From contig CAWHDR010000003.1 of assembly GCA_963828165.1 (NCBI GenBank), positions 1-13,548 of the forward strand: DNA of 13,548 bases. Reading direction: 5' to 3'. The position numbers and the translations under genes are program-made. The notes under the pieces were generated by a model, which was not told where the DNA came from, did not search any database, and was given only the letters and a program-made list of their open reading frames with translations. Positions within the stretch are counted from its first letter, which is position 1, and each line of letters begins with the position of its first letter. Of the stretch, positions 1-8,142 are shown piece by piece. The stretch is from an uncultured Chloroflexia bacterium (GTDB lineage Bacteria; Chloroflexota; Limnocylindria; Limnocylindrales; CSP1-4).

Positions 1-156
1 GCCTACCGGCGACTCGACCTTGATCACGTCGGCGCCGAACCAACCAAGCATCTGCGTGCATACAGGACCCGACTCATGCTGGGTCAGATCGAGGACTCGC
101 ACGCCGTCCAGCGCCTGAGCGTTCACGAGGCCGACATCGGCGTGTACATCCTGCAT
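1..156 (-). CDS. Family III (CaiB/BaiF, formyl-CoA transferase-like) CoA-transferase, N-terminal part; runs off the left edge
   Basis: Not in the ORF track. Manual translation from ATG at 156 gives [52 protein letters not shown], matching the family III N-terminal signature ([10 protein letters not shown]..[20 protein letters not shown]). SD GGAGG at 164-168, 7 nt upstream. Confidence 0.92.
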   Translation of the reverse strand, partial: MQDVHADVGLVNAQALDGVRVLDLTQHESGPVCTQMLGWFGADVIKVESPVG

Positions 157-175
157 ACGATTACCTCCTGCGGAG

Positions 176-181
176 AGCCTA
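176..181 (-). promoter_or_regulatory. Possible -10 element (TAGGCT) for the CoA-transferase gene
   Basis: TAnnnT hexamer 7 nt upstream of the GGAGG SD in the 79-nt intergenic gap. No convincing -35. Confidence 0.3.
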
Positions 182-235
182 CAGCATCGGGCAAACGGTC
201 TCCAGGGCAGCTTGCGTGACGGTTGCGCGTTGCCC

Positions 236-1442
236 TCATTCGCCGGGTGATGCGCGACTCGGAACCGACGGTGGCGTCCTCGGGATCCAGCGGTACATGC
301 CGGCAGCCGCCAGCAGGCCGACACCCGCGATGGTCAGCGGGGCGGCGCTGATCGAGATCCCGCTGATAACCGCGCCACCGATCAGCGGACCGACCGCACT
401 CCCCAGGTCCTGGCAGAGACGCCACGCTCCCAGGAACTGGGACCGTCCGATCGCCGGCGATGCATCTGCGCCGAGCGTCATCATGATCCCGCTGCTGAAC
501 CCGTTCCCGGCTCCGAGGGCCAGCGCGACGAAGGCGAGTCCGAGCGCATCGTTGGCAAGCGGGATCACGACATGCGCGGCGGCAAGGATCAGCAGCGACG
601 GGATCGCCGTTCGTCGGCGTCCCAGCCGGTCCATCGCCATGCCGGCCGGATAGAACAGGACCATGTCGACGCCGGCAGACAGGCCGACCAGCAGGCTCGC
701 GGTCTGCGGATCGAGGCCCAGGTGGGCGCTCCAGAGCGGGATGATCGCCTGTCGTGAGGCTCGGACGGCGCCAAGGAGGACGACCGCCGTGCCGAGTGAG
801 CGCAGCACCGGCCAGTGCGCGACAACCACCTGCCAGGTGCTGACGGCGGCCTGACCGCTTGATGCGGACGGCATGTCCGGAAGCCGCAGCATCACCAGGC
901 CGACGGCAATCGCAGCCCCGATCATCACGACGTACGCCCCGGTCGTACCCCAGACCGACATCGCCACGGCGCCCAGCAGGGGCCCGATGAACAAGCCGGT
1001 TCGGTTGCTCCCCGCGAGCGTCGAGAGCGCTCGGCCACGACGGGCATAGGGCACGACCTCGGTCACGTACGCCTGCCGTGCGACCCCGAAGATCGCTCCT
1101 GCCGCCCCGATCGCGGCCACCCCGAGTGCCAGGACGACGATCGAGCCGGCGAGTCCCGCGGCAAGGGCACCGATGCCTGCAACCGCCGACGCCAGCAGCA
1201 TCGCGCGTCGTTCGCCGAGCCGTTCGGAGACCGCACCCGCGGGCACATCGGCCACGAGCTGGCCGATCCCGACAAGGGCGACCAGGACGCTGGCGACCGC
1301 CAGCGTCGCCACCGAGCTCGAGGGCCGAAGGAACGATTGCCGGCAGGAGGGCGCCCTGACCGATGGCATAGACGGCCGTCGGGAAGTAGACGCTCGAGCG
1401 GAGTGAGACCGGCGCCTCCCCTGCCCTGTCCGGCGGGGTCAT
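236..1442 (-). CDS. MFS transporter (about 401 aa after removing one extra base near 1309-1310)
   Basis: N-terminus from ORF 123..1442 ([28 protein letters not shown]) continues in frame 236..1369 ([35 protein letters not shown]). Motif A is seen twice ([16 protein letters not shown]), with many hydrophobic segments. The start overlaps the upstream stop (ATGA, 1439-1442). Confidence 0.9.
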
Positions 1443-2769
1443 CGGGGCCCCGATCGTCCGGCGACCTCGTCCGCCGGAGTGGCCGGCGAGTCGTCATCGG
1501 TGATGGCGTCGACGGTTCGGGCGTGCGTGAAGGCCCACAACGCGGGGCTGGCCCGGATCGTCGCCGCTGCCGCCACACCGAGCGCGAGCGCGGCGGCGAC
1601 GACCGCTGGCGCGGGCCCCAGCAGGCCGGCACTGATCCCGCTCTGGGTCTGGCTCAGGGTTCCGGTCCCGCGGCTCACCGTCGCCATGTTCGCCATCACG
1701 CGGCCGCGCATGCCCGGTGGGGCGCTGAGCTGGGCGATGCTCAGACGGCTCACCGTCACGAGAGCATCGAGAAGTCCGGTCGATCACGAGGACGGCGAAC
1801 GACAGCAGGTAGTTGGTCGACGCGGCCAGCGTGACGAGGGCCGCGGCGTAGATCAGCGTACAGGCCAGCACGAAGCGTCCCTGCCGTCGGACCCTCGTGG
1901 AGAGGAGGAAGACGACGCCACCGAGCGCCCCGACGGCCGGCGCCGCCAGGAGCCCGCCGAGGCCTTCGGGACCAACGTGAAGGATCTCCCGCCCGATGAT
2001 CGTGATCATCACGGGGTTCATCTGGAAGAACCCGAACACGATCTCGAGCCGTAACAGGTCGCGAAGGACCGGGGCACTGAAGATGTAGCGGAGACCTTCC
2101 GTAAGCTCGCCTCGGAACGTGGACCGAAGGCCCCGCGGCGCCGGGGGAACGGCACGCATGGCCAGGACGGCGCCCATCAGCGCGAGGAACGTGGCCGCGT
2201 TGAGGAAGAACGGCGACGCAACGCCCAAGAGACGCGATGGCCGCTCCGCCGATGAGTGGACCGATCAGCTGGGACGTCCGGCCGGCCGTGGAACTGAGGG
2301 TGACGGCCTCGGTCAGGTGATCCGCGGGGACCAGGCGCGGAAAGAGCGCCTGCCGGACAGCGCCATCCACCGCCGATACGCCGGCCTGGAAGGCGACCTG
2401 CGCGTAGATATGCCACAGCTCCACGCGATCGGTGATCACCAGAATCCACAGGACCGCCGCCGCACCCATGGCCAGCCCCTGCGTCGCGAACAGCAGCTTG
2501 CGTTGATCCACCCGGTCGGCGACCACACCCGCAAGCGGGGACACGAGGAACGACGGGACGGCACGAACGAGGCCCAGCACGCCCGTCAGGACCGGCGACG
2601 CCGTAAGCGAGTAGACCAGCCACACGGTCCCGGTCAGTTCGATCCAGCGCCCGGTATTCGAGGTTGCATGCCCGATCCAGAAGAGCGCGTAGTTTCGATA
2701 GCCGAGCGGGCTGAGACTCCTGGGGAGATGGGCAAGACGGCGCATCGGCGCCTGGTCGCCGGGGTTCAT
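1439..2769 (-). CDS. MFS transporter, MFS_3/EntS/DHA3-like (about 442 aa after correcting two frameshifts at ~2225 and ~1781)
   Basis: Three ORF pieces join colinearly: YRNYALFWIGHATSNTGRW...GVVADRVDQRKLL...GPLIGGAAIASLG / VASPFFLNAATFL...EGLRYIFSAPVLR...FAVLVI / TGLLDALVTVSRLSIAQLSAPPGMRGRVMA. Start is ATG 2769 (alternative 2745). Confidence 0.88.
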
Positions 2770-2885
2770 TGCCTTGGGCGGTTCGCGTGGATTGCGTGGA
2801 GCCAGTGCCGCACCTCCAACCGCCGGCCGTCGCGGCTGCCACCGACGGCGGGGGCGCCCCGGCGAGACGCCTTGCCTCCGCTCCG

Positions 2886-2921
2886 TTGGTAGTATACGTT
2901 CGCAACTCAGGTTGCATGCCA
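2886..2921. promoter_or_regulatory. Divergent promoter/operator region between the MFS operon and MmgE/PrpD copy 1
   Basis: AT-rich patch with overlapping back-to-back -10-like hexamers (TAGTAT on + at 2890-2895; TATACT on - at 2891-2896), a GTATAC palindrome (2892-2897) and an inverted repeat GCAAC-N4-GTTGC (2902-2915). Confidence 0.55.
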
Positions 2922-4337
2922 CTTCCATACGAGGTCAGCTTGGACGCCACGACCGCGCACCTCGCCAACTTCGCATCCTCGATGCGCTACGAGGATCTCC
3001 CGGCAGACGTCGTGCATGAGGCCAAACGTCGCGTGATCGATACGCTTGGCTGCGGCATCGGCGGCGTCGACGGGCCACCTGCACGGGTCGCTCGCTCGCT
3101 GGCCAGCAGGCAGCACGGGACGGCGGGAGCGACGGTCCTTGGGCTGGACGCACTTTCCACGGCCGAGATGGCTGCCTTCGCCAACGGAATCATGGTTCGC
3201 TACCTCGACTTCAACGATGGCTTCGGCGGAGGCATGGGTATCGGCCATCCGAGCGACATGATCCCGGCCGTCCTCGCGGTCGCCGAGGCCGAAGGCAAAT
3301 CCGGAGCGGATGCGCTCCTCGGGATCGCCGTCGCATACGAGGCCGCCTGGGCGATGCAGGTCTCGTTCATGAAGCTCGGCTGGGACCAGGGCGTGTCAAT
3401 GGGCCTGGGGGTCGCCGCGGGCGCCGGCTCCATCCTGCGGTTGAACGAGACGGAGATGGCCAACGCCATCTCCCTCGCCATCACGCCGAGTCTTCCCCTC
3501 CGGGTGACCCGCAGCGGCGAACTGTCGATGTGGAAAGGCGGCGCGGTCGCCCACGCCTGCCGGAATGCCGTATTCGGCGCCTACCTGGCGGCGGAGGGCA
3601 TGACGGCCCCGGATCGGCCGTTCGAAGGCCGCAACGGACTCTGGGAGCAGGTCACGGGACCGTTCGAGGTGGACGTCGACCCTCGGCGAAAGGGCTTCCG
3701 GATCGCTGCCTCGAATATGAAAGGCTATCCCGCCGCTCACATGATGCACGCCGTGGTCGACGCCATGATCGACGTCCGGTCATCGGTGGGGGACGTGGAT
3801 GACATCGAGAGCATCGATGTGCGCACGTACTCGCACCTGATCTTCGAGAGTGGGGGCGAGCCGGAGAAATGGGATCCGCAGACCCGGGAGACGGCCGACC
3901 ACAGCTTGCCGTACGTGATGGCGATGGCCCTCCGCGACGGGCGCCTGACGATCGGGTCGTTCGATCGCGAAGCGGTCAAGGACCCGAGCCTGCGTCCGCT
4001 CCTGGCGAAGATCCGGATCACCGAGGAACCCGCGTTTTCCGCTGCGCGCGACGATAAGGGTTTGCCCGACAGCGACCCGCTCCGCCTGGGGCTGAGCGAG
4101 ATCGCGATCGTCAAGCGCTCAGGCGAACGCCACACGGCACGTACGGGGATCACCCGGGGGCACCATCTGAACCCGATGACCGACGCCGAAGTCGAAGGCA
4201 AGTTCCGCGGGCTCGCAGAACCCATCTCGAGTTCCGAGCGGATCGAGGCTGCACTCGAGGCGATCCGGGACATGGACTCCGCGGGTAGCGTGGCATCCGT
4301 CATCGCTGCGTGGTCGGCCATGGCGGATCCGCGATGA
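2916..4337 (+). CDS. MmgE/PrpD family protein (2-methylcitrate dehydratase superfamily), copy 1
   Basis: Motifs DTLGCGIG, AAFANGIMVRYLDFND, GHPSD, RSGELSMWKG, FEGRNG, TRETADHSLPY, GHHLNPM..KF. Start is ATG 2916 or TTG 2940 (GAGGT just upstream). The ORF-track start at 2769 is probably too long. Confidence 0.95.
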   Translation: MPLPYEVSLDATTAHLANFASSMRYEDLPADVVHEAKRRVIDTLGCGIGGVDGPPARVARSLASRQHGTAGATVLGLDALSTAEMAAFANGIMVRYLDFNDGFGGGMGIGHPSDMIPAVLAVAEAEGKSGADALLGIAVAYEAAWAMQVSFMKLGWDQGVSMGLGVAAGAGSILRLNETEMANAISLAITPSLPLRVTRSGELSMWKGGAVAHACRNAVFGAYLAAEGMTAPDRPFEGRNGLWEQVTGPFEVDVDPRRKGFRIAASNMKGYPAAHMMHAVVDAMIDVRSSVGDVDDIESIDVRTYSHLIFESGGEPEKWDPQTRETADHSLPYVMAMALRDGRLTIGSFDREAVKDPSLRPLLAKIRITEEPAFSAARDDKGLPDSDPLRLGLSEIAIVKRSGERHTARTGITRGHHLNPMTDAEVEGKFRGLAEPISSSERIEAALEAIRDMDSAGSVASVIAAWSAMADPR

Positions 4338-4537
4338 GCGCCGAGCTCGTCGCCCAGATCCGCGCCGATTACGACCGGCTGCTGGGCGGTTGCGAGGAGC
4401 TCTACCGGAGCATCGAGTCGAAGGACATTCCGCAAGCCCCGGATGGCTCGGCCGACGATCGCCTCGTGCGCGTGACCGAGCTCATCGAGATCCTCGAGAG
4501 CGTGACGTTCGATCGCATCCGCCGGCTCCGCTCGTGA
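4334..4537 (+). CDS. Small hypothetical protein (67 aa, predicted helical)
   Basis: ATGA overlap with the PrpD copy 1 stop (4334-4337). It fills the gap to the cyclase SD exactly and has GC-rich third positions. Sequence MSAELVAQIRADYDRLLGGCEELYRSIESKD...RIRRLRS. Confidence 0.75.
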   Translation: MSAELVAQIRADYDRLLGGCEELYRSIESKDIPQAPDGSADDRLVRVTELIEILESVTFDRIRRLRS

Positions 4538-4548
4538 GGGATCGCACG

Positions 4549-5541
4549 ATGGGTGGCGCGACCACCGCGGAGACGTCGGGGGTTACGGACGGCCGTCGTC
4601 GCGCAACAGAGGATGAACTCGTCGCCTGGCTGGACAGCCTGAGCAACTGGGGTCGCTGGGGCCCTGACGACGAGCGCGGCACGCTCAACTTCATCGACCC
4701 GGGGCGAACCCAGGCGGCGACGCGAGCGGTGACCTCCGGCACCGTCGTCTCCTGCTCGATCCCGATCACCTTCGGGCGCCGTCCTCACGCCGTGACCGGC
4801 CGGTCCGGGACCAAGGAGGCGTGGAAGGTCGCGCCGATGCAATTCATGATCAAGGGTGGCGAGGACAGCACGCCCGACAAGGCTGAGCAGGTCTACGGCA
4901 GCGACGCGTTCCTGATCGCGCCCCATGGATCCATGGTCACGCACCTCGATACCCCGAGCCACATCCTGTTCAAGGGCACCATGTTCAACGGGAAGCCCGC
5001 GACGGCCCTGTCGATGGATGGTGGCGCTGCCGCCGGCAGCGTCGAGCTCGCCCGCGACGGCATCGTCACCCGCGGCGTGCTCCTCGATGTCGCGCGCTCG
5101 CAGGGTCGTGACTGGCTCGACGACGGCGAGGAAATCTTCCCGGAGGATCTCGAAGCCGCGGAGCGGCACCAGGGCGTCCGCGTCGAACGCGGCGACGCGC
5201 TCCTCGTCCGGACCGGCTACCGCAAGCGCAACCCGTTGGGCCCCGCGACCGATCGCCCCGGCCTCCAGGCCACCTGCCTGCCGTGGCTGCGGGAGCGCGA
5301 GGTGGCCATGCTCGGCACGGATGTCACGCAGGACGTCCACCCACACGGCTACCGGGTGGGATCGCCCGTTCACCTGGTTGGCATCTGGGCGCTTGGACTC
5401 TGGCTGCTCGACAACTGTGACCTGGAACGTCTCGGTGCCGCGTGCTCCGACCGAAGCCGCTGGGACTTCCTGTTCGTCCTCGCCCCGCTGGTGCTTCGCG
5501 GCGGGACGGGATCGCCGGTGAACCCCCTCGCGGTGCTCTAG
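4549..5541 (+). CDS. Cyclase family (kynurenine formamidase/isatin hydrolase-like) metal-dependent hydrolase, 330 aa
   Basis: SNWGRWGPDDERGTLN N-terminus, metal motif HGSMVTHLDTPSH, RGVLLD, GDALLVRTG, C-terminal GGTGSPVNPLAV. SD GAGGG at 4536-4540. Confidence 0.93.
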   Translation: MGGATTAETSGVTDGRRRATEDELVAWLDSLSNWGRWGPDDERGTLNFIDPGRTQAATRAVTSGTVVSCSIPITFGRRPHAVTGRSGTKEAWKVAPMQFMIKGGEDSTPDKAEQVYGSDAFLIAPHGSMVTHLDTPSHILFKGTMFNGKPATALSMDGGAAAGSVELARDGIVTRGVLLDVARSQGRDWLDDGEEIFPEDLEAAERHQGVRVERGDALLVRTGYRKRNPLGPATDRPGLQATCLPWLREREVAMLGTDVTQDVHPHGYRVGSPVHLVGIWALGLWLLDNCDLERLGAACSDRSRWDFLFVLAPLVLRGGTGSPVNPLAVL

Positions 5542-5981
5542 GTCTCCTCGTCGTACGGGTCGAGATGACCCATGACCCGCCCTTCCTGGACCAGGTGCCG
5601 GACGACCGAGGCCGACGGATAGATCCACAGGATGCGCAGCTCCTCGGCGCTATCGTTCCGGATCCGGTGAGCGACGCCCGCGGGGATCAACGTCGCGTCG
5701 GCGCGGCGGATCCGGTGACTTCCGTCACCCACTTCGCAGAGGCCGACGCCATCCATCAGCACGATGCTCTCTTCGGAATCGTGGGTGTGCCATGGGATCG
5801 CCGTGCCGGCCGGGATCGTCGTGTAGCCGGTCGTCAGGACCGACGAGCCGGTGGCCGTGCCGACCAGCGGCATAGTCCGGACACCTAGCCCCCGGTCGAT
5901 GGTCGGCAACGCCGCCGCGTTGAGGATCCGCGCCCCGGATGCGGTGACGATCGTCGGCGCGCCTTCTGTCGGGTCATCCAT
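5538..5981 (-). CDS. Cupin domain protein (3His-1Glu type), 147 aa
   Basis: Cupin motif 1 PAGTAIPWHTHDSEESIVLMDG and motif 2 ADATLIPAGVAHRIRN. SD GGAGGAG at 5988-5994. Overlaps the hydrolase stop by 8 nt. Confidence 0.92.
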   Translation of the reverse strand: MDDPTEGAPTIVTASGARILNAAALPTIDRGLGVRTMPLVGTATGSSVLTTGYTTIPAGTAIPWHTHDSEESIVLMDGVGLCEVGDGSHRIRRADATLIPAGVAHRIRNDSAEELRILWIYPSASVVRHLVQEGRVMGHLDPYDEET

Positions 5982-6816
5982 GGCGTGCTCCTCCAATCCA
6001 TCGCAGCAGCTGTCGATTGACCTCGTCATGCGCTTCGTACTGCACCCAGTGTCCGGCCCCAGGGACGGCGTGGATCTCGAGCCGCGGGAGCGTCTCTGCC
6101 AATCGCTGTCGATTGCCGCGGTCAAGCGACACGGTCGGGTCGCGCTCGCCGACGATCACGCCGATCCGCGCCGTGCTCTCCCGAAGCGCATGGACCGGGG
6201 CCGGCTCGCGCGTGACCTCCGCCCCGGACAGGCGGGCGAGCTCGGTGTTCTGGCGTTGGATCGTGACGGCGAGGTCGTCGATGGCATGGACATTCGCGAT
6301 CATCAGGGACGCCAGGTTCGTGCGGTGGACGGCGTCGCGATCGCTCGTCGAGGCCAGGTGACGCCATGCGTGCATCGCTGGCCGAGTCAGCGATGGCAGG
6401 AGGCGGCCGGCGCCGATGGCCGTGAACGATCGGACGCGGTCGCCCTCGAGCATCGCCAGGGCACTGCCGACGGACACGCCGAACGAGAAGCCAGCCAGGT
6501 CGTACCGCAACGGCGAGGGCACGATCGACGCCAGGCCGTCCTGCAGGATGCCGGCCATCGAGCGCAGGCTGACGGGCGACGGCGGCAGCGCGGAATCGCC
6601 CAAACCCGGCAGGTCCGGCACGATCACAGTGTGCCCCGCCGCCAGCGGCTCGATCGTGCGAAACCAATGCCGCCATGACCCGTAGGCGCCATGGAGCAGC
6701 ACCAGTGGCGGCCCGCTACCCCATCGGCGCCAGATCACCGAACCGCCGGCGCAAGGTGTCCGAAGGATCGTCGAGCGGTTGTCGAGCTCGGTGATGCGGG
6801 CGACCGGATCGATCAC
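5974..6816 (-). CDS. Alpha/beta-fold serine hydrolase (MhpC-like superfamily), about 280 aa
   Basis: GSGPPLVLLHGAYGSW, PDLPGLGDS, nucleophile elbow GFSFG, acid GERDP, catalytic His in GAGHWVQYE. The GTG start at 6816 is uncertain (AGGAG is 15 nt upstream). Confidence 0.9.
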   Translation of the reverse strand: MIDPVARITELDNRSTILRTPCAGGSVIWRRWGSGPPLVLLHGAYGSWRHWFRTIEPLAAGHTVIVPDLPGLGDSALPPSPVSLRSMAGILQDGLASIVPSPLRYDLAGFSFGVSVGSALAMLEGDRVRSFTAIGAGRLLPSLTRPAMHAWRHLASTSDRDAVHRTNLASLMIANVHAIDDLAVTIQRQNTELARLSGAEVTREPAPVHALRESTARIGVIVGERDPTVSLDRGNRQRLAETLPRLEIHAVPGAGHWVQYEAHDEVNRQLLRWIGGARHG

Positions 6817-6839
6817 GGCCGGGTCCGGTGACTCCTGGT

Positions 6840-7634
6840 TCAGATGCCGGCGAGCATGGCGCGGATCAAGGCGAAGTCGGGTGCGTCCGCCGACGAGGGC
6901 ACGCACTCAATCCCGAGACCTTCGGAATACACCGGCCGCAGCGAGGCGATGATGTCCGGGAATGACAGGGTGCCGGTCCCCGGTTCGTGCCGACCCGGGT
7001 GGTCCGCGAGCTGGACGTGTCCGATCGGTGCGGGGCAGTCCCGGATGACCGAAGGCACATCCTGTCCAGCCATCGCCACGTGATACACGTCCAGGAGCAC
7101 CCCGATCCCGGCGCGCTCGACCTGGCCAATGGCCTTGGCGAGCGCGGCGACCGTCGGCCAGACATACCCCGCGTTTTCGATCTCGTTCAGCGGCTCGATG
7201 ACCACGGAAATATCGCGCTCTCGCGCTCGATCGGCGGCCCAGGCGATGTTGTCGAGTGCGGTCACGGCTGCGTCGGCTGGATGCTGGCCGGGAAGGACCT
7301 TGCCGGCGAGGGCGTTGACCTTCTTCGCGCCGAGCGCCTCGGCGAACGTCAGGGCTGCCTCCACGCCGCGGCGAAACTCGACGGTTCGGTCGGGGTCGGC
7401 CGCGATTTCGCGATCGCCCGCCGCCATGTCGCCGGACGGGACGTTGATGAGATCGACCGTCAGTCCGCGCTCCCGGATGGACGCGGCGACATCCTCCAAC
7501 GATGCTCCGGCCAGGGCGGTCACCGACGGCCACCAGAATTCGATGTTCCGGAACCCCGCCTCGTCGGCTGCGGCGATGGCGTCCAGCAGGCTGCGATCCC
7601 GGAGCGTCAGCGACAGGTTGAGGGTCAGATGCAT
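6840..7634 (-). CDS. hyi: Hydroxypyruvate isomerase-like TIM-barrel protein (Hyi/OtnI family)
   Basis: NLSL..AAADEAGFRNIEFWWP, VNALAG, IEPLN, LLDVYH, IGHVQLADHPGRHEPGTG, GIE are all characteristic of the Hyi family. Confidence 0.88.
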   Translation of the reverse strand: MHLTLNLSLTLRDRSLLDAIAAADEAGFRNIEFWWPSVTALAGASLEDVAASIRERGLTVDLINVPSGDMAAGDREIAADPDRTVEFRRGVEAALTFAEALGAKKVNALAGKVLPGQHPADAAVTALDNIAWAADRARERDISVVIEPLNEIENAGYVWPTVAALAKAIGQVERAGIGVLLDVYHVAMAGQDVPSVIRDCPAPIGHVQLADHPGRHEPGTGTLSFPDIIASLRPVYSEGLGIECVPSSADAPDFALIRAMLAGI

Positions 7635-7646
7635 GATTGCATACTA
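7635..7646 (-). promoter_or_regulatory. -10 element TAGTAT followed by GCAATC directly before the hyi ATG (probable leaderless promoter and candidate operator)
   Basis: Minus strand reads TAGTAT-GCAATC-ATG with no SD. The 10-mer GTATGCAATC recurs exactly at 11449-11458. Confidence 0.6.
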
Positions 7647-7691
7647 CAGGGATACGCTTGGCCCGACAGCCGAGTTCGCAGGGAGGGCCAC

Positions 7692-8117
7692 GTGAACATG
7701 GACCAGGGGAGCCCGCAAGTGAGCGTCGAGGACGGCCAGGTGACGGTTTCGACGACGGTCGCCGAGCCGGATACTGCCGCGGCGATGGGTTCCGGCGACG
7801 TTCACGTCCTTGCGACGCCGAGGTTGGTCGCGCTCATGGAATGGGCGGCACGAGTCGCGGTCGAGCCGGCGCTCGAGCCAGGGCAGACCAGCGTCGGGAC
7901 GTCGATCGCGATCGAGCATGTCGCACCATCCGCGGTTGGCGATCGGATCGAGGTCCGGGCACGCATCACGGCGCATGAGGGACGACGGGTCAGCTTCGAG
8001 ATCGACGCACGCGACAGCGCAGTGACCACGGTCCTCGCGCATGGGACACACGCCCGGGTCATCGTCGATCGGGAGCGGTTCATGGAGCGCGCATCCGCAG
8101 ACCGGCCGCGCGCATGA
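7692..8117 (+). CDS. Hot-dog-fold thioesterase, FlK (fluoroacetyl-CoA thioesterase)-like family
   Basis: DTAAAMGSGDVHVLATPRLVALME (Thr...Glu), TSVGTSIAIEHVAP (His), GTHARVIVDRERF. SD GGAGG at 7682-7686. Start is GTG 7692 or ATG 7698, not 6987. Confidence 0.93.
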   Translation: MNMDQGSPQVSVEDGQVTVSTTVAEPDTAAAMGSGDVHVLATPRLVALMEWAARVAVEPALEPGQTSVGTSIAIEHVAPSAVGDRIEVRARITAHEGRRVSFEIDARDSAVTTVLAHGTHARVIVDRERFMERASADRPRA

Positions 8118-8142
8118 CGCAACGCCGCCACGGTTCCCGCTG

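Noticed and set aside
57-63. Additional TGCATAC copy, and GGTTGCATGC near 2662-2671
   Set aside because: Both lie inside coding sequence about 75-100 nt past the start codon and are explicable by codons, so they are not counted as operators.
2916-4337. Calling either paralogue prpD of the methylcitrate cycle
   Set aside because: No prpB/prpC/acnD neighbours and non-canonical motifs; only the family assignment is supported.
4402-5628. Long antisense or alternative-frame ORFs (e.g. 4402..5628, 2119..2892, 7644..8600, 11253..12191, 5851..6678)
   Set aside because: Shadow ORFs expected in high-GC coding DNA. They overlap well-supported genes and carry no recognisable motifs.
6987-7691. Long N-terminal extension of the thioesterase ORF (376 aa)
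   Set aside because: It is the antisense of hyi. The SD and family similarity begin at 7692/7698.
5974-8117. Fluoroacetate detoxification system (FlK-like thioesterase, alpha/beta hydrolase as dehalogenase, citrate-analogue enzymes)
   Set aside because: The hydrolase has a Ser nucleophile (GFSFG), not the Asp (GHDRG) of fluoroacetate dehalogenases. FlK-like thioesterases are widespread, and no fluoride exporter is visible.
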